From assembly GCA_002436025.1 (NCBI GenBank), contig DIXM01000002.1, forward strand, positions 106,932-170,931: a DNA stretch of 64,000 bases, given 5' to 3'. A model generated the notes under the pieces. The model had not been told where the DNA came from. It saw only the letters and a program-made list of their open reading frames with translations, and made no database searches. Positions 48,792-56,813 of this stretch are shown in pieces. Position 1 is the first letter of the stretch; each line of letters starts with the position of its first letter. The DNA comes from a candidate division Hyd24-12 bacterium UBA6080 (lineage in GTDB: Bacteria; Fermentibacterota; Fermentibacteria; Fermentibacterales; JCC-6). A program made the position numbers and the translations under genes.

Positions 48792-49337
48792 TTAGTTGCC
48801 GAAAGACGTGGGCTCGGGGCCTTCAGGTGGTTTGGGGTTCCTGCCGTCCCTGCCCGTGAGACCGGGCTGCCCAGGGTCAGGTCTGCGGGGACTGTTGCCC
48901 GAGTCGGCGTGGGGAAGGTACCTGAGTGAGTAAGCACTGCCGGGCTCCCACGCCTGGGCGAGCTGATGCGTGACCCTGTTGGGTATAGCGGGTCTTGTCT
49001 GCTCCTGAAGGGCGATGTTCCTGCCGGTCTGGTCGGGTAGCACGGTTTCTGGTTGAAGTGTGAAGACAGGGGCCTGAGGTATCTGGAGGGGTTGCTCGTA
49101 ATGAGGGGCAACAGTGGTCTGCCTGGCGTCCTGCACAACGGCCGGAGTCTGGTCCGGCAGATCCTTGGCCTCGAAAGCCCTTGAAACGGCAGGCGGTCCG
49201 GAATGGGTCATCAGCACGGGGACGCGCTTTCCTGGCATGGGAATTACAACGGCCATTGTTATCACAAGGCCCGTCGTGACACCCCCGATGAGGGAGAAGA
49301 GCTTAGAGGTCAACCCCCGTCTGCGTATCCTGATCAT
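48792..49337 (-). CDS. Hypothetical membrane-anchored Pro/Gln-rich protein
   Basis: A TM helix 'LFSLIGGVTTGLVITMAVVI' is followed by a low-complexity P/Q-rich region. A 44-codon TM mini-ORF lies just upstream in another frame. Confidence 0.35.
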   Translation of the reverse strand: MIRIRRRGLTSKLFSLIGGVTTGLVITMAVVIPMPGKRVPVLMTHSGPPAVSRAFEAKDLPDQTPAVVQDARQTTVAPHYEQPLQIPQAPVFTLQPETVLPDQTGRNIALQEQTRPAIPNRVTHQLAQAWEPGSAYSLRYLPHADSGNSPRRPDPGQPGLTGRDGRNPKPPEGPEPTSFGN

Positions 49338-49594
49338 TTCCGATTTGCCTTTCCCTGACTTCCCCGGCGATGAAGAGGGCGATAAGCGCTCCGAGGATCA
49401 ATCCGATGATTGTATGCTTCCAGTTGATTTTATTCATCGGTTCCTCCGGGCGCGCAACAATAGTTATGTTTCATGAAAAGTCAAGTACCATTCTTTCGCT
49501 GTTCAGCCCCAGCTTCATGCGGGGCTTGTTTTTGCACGGAATGCACGTGATTGTATACCGGGAGTTGTGGAAATGTTTCCGGAAAGGAGAGAAG

Positions 49595-50797
49595 ATGGTG
49601 CTGACAATTCTGCTGCTGATGCTTGCAGGCTACGGCCCCTTCGAAAGCCTTGGACCCGAGGGGGGGGAGATCCAGGCGATAAACCAGTCGCCGCTTGATG
49701 CAGACGTCCTTTACGGGATGAGCGGTTACAACCCTACGGTGGTCGTCCGGTCGCAGGATCGAGGGCTTTCCTGGGAGGCCCTTTCAACGTTCACCGGCTC
49801 CACAGCGTACGACATGGTCGTAACCTCCACCGGCAACCTGGTCGCGGTTGGAAGCAGCCGTGTCTGGCGCTCCACCGACGGGGGACTTACCTGGTCATCG
49901 GCTTCCTTCTCAAACACCGTGTTCTGGCTTGCCGAGGCGCACCCGTCGAATGGTTCAACGGTTTTCGCCACGGGCTACAAGTATGACGGAAGCTTCTGGC
50001 GGATGACCTTCTTCAAGAGCACCGACAATGGGGCGACCTGGACCAGCACCTATATCGGCGAGGCAGGGCTTCATTCCTACGGTAGAAGCATTGCCGTCGC
50101 CCCCTCGAACCCCGACCTGATACTTGTGGGGGGTTACAAATCCTCGGGCAGCACCGTGGCACAGCTTTTCAGGTCAACTGACGGCGGTGTCACGTTCACC
50201 GACTTCACGCCTTCGGGGGCATCAACGGACTACTACTTCGAGGGGCTGGCATTTCACCCCACCAACCCCGACATCATTCTGGCCGGAGCCTATCTGGCGC
50301 TGCACCGCAGCACCAACGGCGGCTCAACCTGGACCCGTATCACCCAGTACTACAACTACTCGCTCGGGTTCAGCGCGGTCGACAACAACCTCGCACTGGG
50401 CGCGGGATTGAGCTCCACGTACCGCACCGTCAACGCGGGGGCTTCCTGGACCACCCACAACAGCGGCCTCTCCGGCACCAACTGCAAGTGGATCATCCCC
50501 GACCGCGAGAACGCATCGCTTGCCTACACCGGAACCACCGCAGGCTTCTTCCGAAGCACCACCGGCGGCACTTCCTGGACTGCCAGCAACTCTGGCCTGG
50601 TTATCGGGAACGTGGTTTCCATGGCCCAGTCCAACGGGTACGTATGGGTCAACATGGCCAGCCAGGGGCTCTTCAAGATGCAGGACAGCCCTTCGGGCAC
50701 CTGGCAATTCGTCAGCCGACCCTCCACCTGCGGTGATTTCGTGCGCCTCGCCACCAACGGCTCCAATGTGATACTGGGCCTCGAAGGGAGTGGTTGA
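49595..50797 (+). CDS. BNR/sialidase-like repeat secreted protein, N-terminal portion. It ends at an in-frame TGA, and the same frame continues into the next feature.
   Basis: An RBS 'ggaaaggagagaag' precedes ATG 49595. The N-terminus 'MVLTILLLMLAGYG' is a signal peptide, and 'STDGG.TW' BNR repeats recur. The longest ORF (from 49370) has an implausible leader. Confidence 0.7.
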   Translation: MVLTILLLMLAGYGPFESLGPEGGEIQAINQSPLDADVLYGMSGYNPTVVVRSQDRGLSWEALSTFTGSTAYDMVVTSTGNLVAVGSSRVWRSTDGGLTWSSASFSNTVFWLAEAHPSNGSTVFATGYKYDGSFWRMTFFKSTDNGATWTSTYIGEAGLHSYGRSIAVAPSNPDLILVGGYKSSGSTVAQLFRSTDGGVTFTDFTPSGASTDYYFEGLAFHPTNPDIILAGAYLALHRSTNGGSTWTRITQYYNYSLGFSAVDNNLALGAGLSSTYRTVNAGASWTTHNSGLSGTNCKWIIPDRENASLAYTGTTAGFFRSTTGGTSWTASNSGLVIGNVVSMAQSNGYVWVNMASQGLFKMQDSPSGTWQFVSRPSTCGDFVRLATNGSNVILGLEGSG

Positions 50798-51178
50798 GGC
50801 GGCGTCGAGCTCTACAAGAGCACAGACGGAGGTTCCGTCTGGTCGACAAGCGACAATTACTACGGCAGTGGTTACGACCTCGTCTTCGGCGGCGGCAGCA
50901 CCTACTGGTACACCGGCTACAAGTACACGGCTCCCAATTACATTCTTTCGATCTCGAAGACCGAGAACAACGGCACGAGCTGGACGCGCCACACCCTCTC
51001 CTCGGGCACCGATTACAGATATGTCAGGGCGATAGGGGTTGACCCTTCGGACACCGACAGGGTCTTCGCTCTCGCTTACGAAAGCAGCGTCTGGAAGGTC
51101 TACTTCACCGAGGATGGCGGTGCCTCCTGGCAAAGCGTCGCGGCTACGGGATGGTCGGGTTCGCCCTACCAGCTTCTC

Positions 51179-51787
51179 GTGAACCCCACTGACGGCTCCC
51201 GTCTCGCCGCCGCATCATCCTCGGGTCTCTACACCTCCGTGAACGGCGGCGCAACCTGGACCAGGGTCACAACCGCCTTCAGCTCTTCCGTGGCTGCGGT
51301 TCCCTCAAGCGACGGATTGAGCGTCATCGTCGGCACTTCGTCACAGGGCATCTGGAAGTGGGAGAACTGGTCCGGCACGCCGGTTCAGGTCTGCTCAACC
51401 CCTGCTGCCATAACAACGCTGTACGATTCTGCAAACTTCTACCTTTACGCCGGCACTCCGGCAAGTTCCGTCTGGAGAAGCTATTACGGCACCGGCACCG
51501 AGGGCTCCTCCTCGGGGGCGCTGCCGGGATTTTCCCTCTCGGTTCACCCGAACCCGGTTTCGGGCGGCATGGTCTCGGTCAGCTTCGACCTTCCGTCGTC
51601 GGGCACCGCGGGGATATCGGTGTTCGACATCACGGGAAGGCAGGTTCTGTCGGTTCCCTCTGCCGACTTTGGTGAGGGGACGCATACGATGTCCCTCTCC
51701 ACGTTGAGCCTCACCCCGGGTGTCTACTTCGCCCGTCTCTCACACCAGGGCGCTTCGGCAACCGCCAGAATGGTCGTTACAAGGTAG
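51179..51787 (+). CDS. C-terminal continuation of the BNR-repeat protein, with a T9SS-type C-terminal sorting domain (Por secretion CTD)
   Basis: It is in the same frame as 49595-50797. The C-terminal ~80 aa 'LSVHPNPVSGGMVSVSFDLPSSGTAGISVFDITGRQV...GVYFARLSHQGASATARMVV' match the TIGR04183-like T9SS CTD. Confidence 0.65.
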   Translation: MNPTDGSRLAAASSSGLYTSVNGGATWTRVTTAFSSSVAAVPSSDGLSVIVGTSSQGIWKWENWSGTPVQVCSTPAAITTLYDSANFYLYAGTPASSVWRSYYGTGTEGSSSGALPGFSLSVHPNPVSGGMVSVSFDLPSSGTAGISVFDITGRQVLSVPSADFGEGTHTMSLSTLSLTPGVYFARLSHQGASATARMVVTR

Positions 51788-51913
51788 TTTACCTCCGCGG
51801 GCCGGGTTTTTCCCGGCCCGCACGTCCCTCCGCAGATTGCTTTTCAACCCCTTCTTTGGTACTTTCCGGGCTGATACTCGTTCATGAAACCATCGGACCG
51901 GAAAGGGTAACTT

Positions 51914-54900
51914 GTGAGACACGCCCCTGAACTGATCATCAGGTCGATCTCCCGGGGCGAATTCGCCGGCAGCTTTCCCGGCGCGGCGGTAACTGCCGAC
52001 ATCCGCGGGTTCACCAGCAGGTTCCAGGGGATGGCCGGGATGGGCGTCGAAGGTGCCGAACAGATCTCCCGGGACGTCAGCGAAACCCTTTCGGGAGTTG
52101 TCGAGATATGCTCGATCCACGGCGGTTTTCCCGTTTCTTTCGCCGGTGACGCCGTTACGGTGGTGTTTCCCGACGGCCTTGAGACCGCTGGCAGTGCATG
52201 CGGGATGCTTCACGCCAGACCTTCCGGCGCATCCCTGCCCCTGAAGACAACAGTGGGCAGCGGCCAGGTCGTCTGGGATGCCATCCCCCGCGATTCCTGG
52301 ACGTTCTTCAGCTTTCAGGGCTCGGCCCTGAGCCTTGCAGCAGACGATGATGTGACCTGCCCAGTGGCCGGCGGATCAGTTCCGGCGCCGGTTTCACGCG
52401 GGCCTGTTTTTGTTGCCGGTTTCCTGCCCCCCGACCTTTTCCCTGAAGGGGTCGTCAACCAGTTCAGGCAGGTCACCAGCATTTTCCTCTCCATAGAGAA
52501 CAGGGCGGGGTGTCACTGCCCCAGGGAGTTCCAGACAAAGGTGCTGGAACTGGCCGGCGAGATGGGGGGCTTCGTCTCGGGTCTTCACGCGGGGGGAGCC
52601 GGACAGCGGCTGCTCGTGGTGTTCGGCGCGCCGGTTACGCGCGAGGACGATCCCTACAGGGCCGACAGCTTTCTGCGAGGCGTATTCTCATCAGCATCGG
52701 GAAGGGTTCGCGCCGGTGCCGCGACGGGCCTGGTGTTCAGCGGGGCTATCCGCACACCGATGCTCGAGTCCTACACGGTTCTGGGCCCCTCGGTGAACCT
52801 CGCGGCAAGGCTTCACGATGCCGCTGTGTGGAACAGCGTTTACGGAGACCCCGTTTTCAACCAGGCATCCCGGCTCGGGATGAGAAGTGAGCTTTGTCTT
52901 TCCTTGAAGGGTTTTTCAGGCGTGGTGAACGCGCTGGTTCTCTCGCCCTGGAAACAGAGGAGGGAGACACGGGGTTCGACCCCTCCGCTTATCGAACGCG
53001 AGGACGTTCTTGAACTCGTGGAAAGGGAGATTTCCCTCTCAGGTTCATCGGTCCTTCTGCAGGGTGACACGGGCATGGGAAAAACCCGGCTTCTGGAGGA
53101 ACTCGAACGCAGGCGTGGAGACACCCTGTTCATGAACCTCCGTTGCCGTTCGCTGCCAGCTTCGGGGTCGGACATCTTCGGTTCGTGGTTCGGCGAGTGG
53201 CTTGGCGGAAGGGACCGGCAGGAAGGGCTGCCGGCGTTCAAGGAGAAACTCTACGGGTTCATCGGCCGCCTCGAGGACCTTGGTGACCCCGCCGCCCTGC
53301 ATGCCGCCGACGAGCTTCTTCGCGCCGAATCATTCCTGGCGGCGCTGGTGGGGCTGGGATGGGAGAGATCGCTTTACCTGGGGCTCGATCCCCAGGGCAG
53401 GTTTACCAACACCGTCGCGGCTCTCGCGGCGTTCATCCGGGGAAGTTCCCTTCTGGGTCCGATGGTGTTGGCTGTGGATGACCTTCAGTGGATCTCGCCT
53501 GACTCCCTGGGGCTTCTTTCAGCTGTTCTGGGAGAGCTTGGGGAGCACCGGCCGCCGCTGCTCCTTCTTTCCAGGCCCGACAGTGGAGACACCGTCTCAA
53601 CACTTGGCATCGCGCCCCGGACCGTCGAGCTCAGTCCGCTCTCGCGGGATGGCAGCAGGGCTTTCCTGCAGTGGAGCCTGGGTCGGGCCCCCTCGGACGA
53701 CCTGCTGGAGTGGTTCAACAGACGCACCGAGGGCATCCCCTTCTTCATGGAGCACTATGCGGGCATGCTGGAATCAGCCGATTCACCGCCCTGCGACGAC
53801 AGCTTCCCCGGAAGCCTTCACGCCCTCCTGGTGGCCCGCCTGGACAGACTCGGAGCAGAGCTTCGCAGGGCGGTGCTCTGCGCCAGCGTTCTTGGAAGGG
53901 AGTTCGACCGGGAGGTCCTCGACATTCTCTGCAACGGAGGCCTTACCGGTGAGCTCGTTGAGAGGGGTGTGAGGGAAAGGGTCTGGCGGGTCGAGCAGGA
54001 CGGGAGCTGCAGCTTCGTCCACATCCTTCTCCGGGAAGCCGCCTACAGGCTTCAGCTTCAGGGAGAGCGGCTTCCGCTTCATGAGAAGGCAGCCGAGGGC
54101 ATGGCAGGGCTGTGGGGTGAGAAACCTGAAAGAGCTGCGATCATAGCCCACCACATGGAGATGGCCGGAAGGGGGGGCGACGCCGCTGACTGGTACATGA
54201 GGGCCGGGGAGTATTCCCTTTCGAGAAGGATGACCACTTCGTGCCAGTTCCAGCTCGAAAAGGTCCTTGAGTTTTCCGAGAACCCCGCTCAGCGGATGAC
54301 CGCCCACCGGCTGTTTTTTAACCTGATCATATCGTCGGGGGATATCGGGCGGGCCCACGAAGCCATCGAGCGAGCCGCGCTCGACATCGGTGACGACCCT
54401 TCGATGCATGCCGTGATAAAGCTGATGCGGGCGAACCTGGCTGTGAACGCGGGCCGTCCCGGTGACGCCATGGAGCATCTTCGCGAGCTGGAACACATGA
54501 ACCCTTCCCTTCGGCCTGAAGTGATGCATCTGCGTGGACGGGTCACAGTGCTCGAGGGCAGGAACGACCTGGCACTCGAGCTTCTTCTTGATGTCTACCG
54601 TGAGTTCCGCTCGGGCACCCCCGAAGAGAGGCTCCTGGCTTACAAAGCCCTGGGCAACGCCTGCGGCTGCATGCTCAGGCTTCGGGAAAAGCTTGAGCAA
54701 GCTGAGGAAAGCCTGAAGATGGTTCGTGACTACGCCAGGGAAGCGGGCAATCTGCTGATGGAGACACTCAGCGTGGGCAACCTCGCGCTGGTTTACAAGT
54801 ACCTTCCAAACAGGATGATGGACGCCATGCGGACGACAAGGGAGCACATGGAGCTTGCCCGGCGTACTGGGAGCAGGCTTGTGGAGCTTCAGGCCACCGG

Positions 54901-55519
54901 CAACCTCGGCTCGCTCATGGAGAAGCTGGACCCATCGCCCGAGGCGTTCCGGCTGCTTGAGAGATCGGTTGAGCTGGCAAGACGGTACGGAGGCGGGGAA
55001 TCGCTATCGATCGCCCTTGCCAACCTTGCCAGCGCCTGCGCAAGGGTGGGGCGGCGAGAAGATGCATGCCGGTTGTTTTCCGAGGCCCTGGATGTGTGCC
55101 GTGATCACGGCCTGGGGCTGCACAGGGTTGACTACGCACTGGAGATGAGCAACGTGCTGGTTGACATGGGCAGGGCGGAGGAAGCCGAGGTTTTGATCAA
55201 CCAGGTGCGGGAGTGGGGGTTCCCGGAAGACTACATAAGTTACTATTCGTGTTCGTTTGGAAAGCTCCTTGTGGCCCAGGGAAGGAACGGGGAGGCCGAG
55301 AAGGTACTGAGGGAAGCCCTTTCCGGACCATGTGACGGGTTGGAGAGGTTTGACCTCCTCAGGCAGCTCTTCCTCGCAACGGGAGACCGCGAAGTACTAA
55401 CAAGATGCCTCAGTGAGGGCGACCTGCTTCAGAAGGAGCATCCGCACTGGGATACGGAAGCCAAGCTGGTCGAACTTAGAAAAGCGACGGGTCTGTCCGA
55501 GCCTTCCCCCGGGGGGTGA
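51914..55519 (+). CDS. Multidomain signalling protein: class III adenylate/guanylate cyclase domain(s) + STAND/AAA NTPase + TPR repeats
   Basis: A cyclase domain is marked by 'VTADIRGFTS...FAGDAVTVVFP', and a second degenerate cyclase-like block by 'VTSIFLSIEN...VVFGAP'. The P-loop 'LLQGDTGMGKTRLLEEL' is followed by a long helical TPR-like C-terminus. Confidence 0.8.
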   Translation: MRHAPELIIRSISRGEFAGSFPGAAVTADIRGFTSRFQGMAGMGVEGAEQISRDVSETLSGVVEICSIHGGFPVSFAGDAVTVVFPDGLETAGSACGMLHARPSGASLPLKTTVGSGQVVWDAIPRDSWTFFSFQGSALSLAADDDVTCPVAGGSVPAPVSRGPVFVAGFLPPDLFPEGVVNQFRQVTSIFLSIENRAGCHCPREFQTKVLELAGEMGGFVSGLHAGGAGQRLLVVFGAPVTREDDPYRADSFLRGVFSSASGRVRAGAATGLVFSGAIRTPMLESYTVLGPSVNLAARLHDAAVWNSVYGDPVFNQASRLGMRSELCLSLKGFSGVVNALVLSPWKQRRETRGSTPPLIEREDVLELVEREISLSGSSVLLQGDTGMGKTRLLEELERRRGDTLFMNLRCRSLPASGSDIFGSWFGEWLGGRDRQEGLPAFKEKLYGFIGRLEDLGDPAALHAADELLRAESFLAALVGLGWERSLYLGLDPQGRFTNTVAALAAFIRGSSLLGPMVLAVDDLQWISPDSLGLLSAVLGELGEHRPPLLLLSRPDSGDTVSTLGIAPRTVELSPLSRDGSRAFLQWSLGRAPSDDLLEWFNRRTEGIPFFMEHYAGMLESADSPPCDDSFPGSLHALLVARLDRLGAELRRAVLCASVLGREFDREVLDILCNGGLTGELVERGVRERVWRVEQDGSCSFVHILLREAAYRLQLQGERLPLHEKAAEGMAGLWGEKPERAAIIAHHMEMAGRGGDAADWYMRAGEYSLSRRMTTSCQFQLEKVLEFSENPAQRMTAHRLFFNLIISSGDIGRAHEAIERAALDIGDDPSMHAVIKLMRANLAVNAGRPGDAMEHLRELEHMNPSLRPEVMHLRGRVTVLEGRNDLALELLLDVYREFRSGTPEERLLAYKALGNACGCMLRLREKLEQAEESLKMVRDYAREAGNLLMETLSVGNLALVYKYLPNRMMDAMRTTREHMELARRTGSRLVELQATGNLGSLMEKLDPSPEAFRLLERSVELARRYGGGESLSIALANLASACARVGRREDACRLFSEALDVCRDHGLGLHRVDYALEMSNVLVDMGRAEEAEVLINQVREWGFPEDYISYYSCSFGKLLVAQGRNGEAEKVLREALSGPCDGLERFDLLRQLFLATGDREVLTRCLSEGDLLQKEHPHWDTEAKLVELRKATGLSEPSPGG

Positions 55520-55617
55520 GTTGCGCCCGGCCATTGCGTACCCCTCTTTGAAAAGGTTAGTTTAGCTCTGCGGGATTTTTCTCTCGCGGTTTTTGTCCCG
55601 TTCGGAAGGGATCTTCA

Positions 55618-56559
55618 ATGGGCGTGTATCTTGTCACCGGCGGCGCCGGGTTCATCGGGTGCAACATAGTCAGAGAGCTTCTGGCCCGGGGCGGGGTGGT
55701 TCGTGTACTCGACAACTTCTCGACCGGGCACCGCAGGAACCTCGAGGATGTGGCTTCGGACGTTGAGATCCTCGAGGGCGACATCCGCAGCTTCCACATT
55801 GTCCAGCAGGCCATGAAGGGCGTGGAGGTTGTTTTCCACGAAGGCGCTCTGCCCTCGGTTCCCAGGTCGATCGCCGACCCCATAACATCCAACGAGGTGA
55901 ACGTGGGTGGCACCCTTAACGTCCTTCACGCGGCTGTCGACGCCGGAGTTCGAAGGGTTGTGTTCGCGTCTTCATCGTCCATCTACGGGAACGCTCCCTG
56001 CGAGGTCAAGGACGAAACCCTCTCACCCATGCCCCTCTCACCATACGCGGTGAGCAAGCTGGCTGGCGAGGCCTACTTCCAGGTCTTCCACAGGATCTAC
56101 GGCCTCGAAACTGTCGCCCTGCGGTATTTCAACGTGTTCGGCCCCCATCAGGACCCTGACAGCCCCTACTCCGCAGTCATCCCCCTCTTCATCAGGTCAT
56201 TCCGTGAGGGGCGCGCGCCCTCCATAAACGGCTCGGGCCAGCAGAGCCGTGACTTCACCTATGTTGCAAACGTGGTCCACGGCAACCTGCTGGCCGCCGA
56301 TGCCCCCGATGCTCCGGGCCGGGTGATCAACGTGGCGTGCAACGGTTCGGTGACCGTGAACCACCTGGCCACTGAAATAGCGCGTCTTGTCGGCCGCCCC
56401 GACATCACCCCGGTTCACCGCGAATCCCGCCCTGGCGACGTGATGCACTCCTGCGCTTCCATCGCCCTCGCCGAGCGCCTCCTCGGCTACACCCCCGTCG
56501 TCCCCTTCGCCGACGGCCTCGCTCGCACCGTTGCATGGTTTGGGGACGGACTTAGATAA
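55618..56559 (+). CDS. NAD-dependent epimerase/dehydratase (GalE/UDP-sugar 4-epimerase-like)
   Basis: The motifs 'VYLVTGGAGFIGCNIV', 'DNFSTGHRRNL' and 'SPYAVSKLAGEAYFQVF' are present. Confidence 0.8.
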   Translation: MGVYLVTGGAGFIGCNIVRELLARGGVVRVLDNFSTGHRRNLEDVASDVEILEGDIRSFHIVQQAMKGVEVVFHEGALPSVPRSIADPITSNEVNVGGTLNVLHAAVDAGVRRVVFASSSSIYGNAPCEVKDETLSPMPLSPYAVSKLAGEAYFQVFHRIYGLETVALRYFNVFGPHQDPDSPYSAVIPLFIRSFREGRAPSINGSGQQSRDFTYVANVVHGNLLAADAPDAPGRVINVACNGSVTVNHLATEIARLVGRPDITPVHRESRPGDVMHSCASIALAERLLGYTPVVPFADGLARTVAWFGDGLR

Positions 56560-56813
56560 CTTAGTTTATTGATGTAGAGTATTGGTGTGCAATTACATAC
56601 TATTCGGTTACCCCTTTTCCAGACTTGACCTGCTCCCTTTTGTACGATCATTGTTCAATCGGTTTTGTAATTCATTACAGGTCATTAAATTGAGCTGACA
56701 CAGCACCCGGTTGCGGCCCTATGCTCATCTTCGAGGGTTGTCACTTTCCAGAAATGTATATTTCCGCAATCGGCCCGGTTTGGTTTTTCCACAGTTTTTG
56801 AGGAGAGGGCAAA

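Noticed and set aside
50795-50797. Genome-wide TGA recoding (for example TGA=Gly as in Gracilibacteria/SR1) as the explanation for the in-frame stop in the BNR protein
   Set aside because: Many well-supported genes in this window (MBOAT, abiEii, TetR, FIST and others) terminate at TGA with correct-length products. The genome is also high-GC, unlike known recoded lineages.
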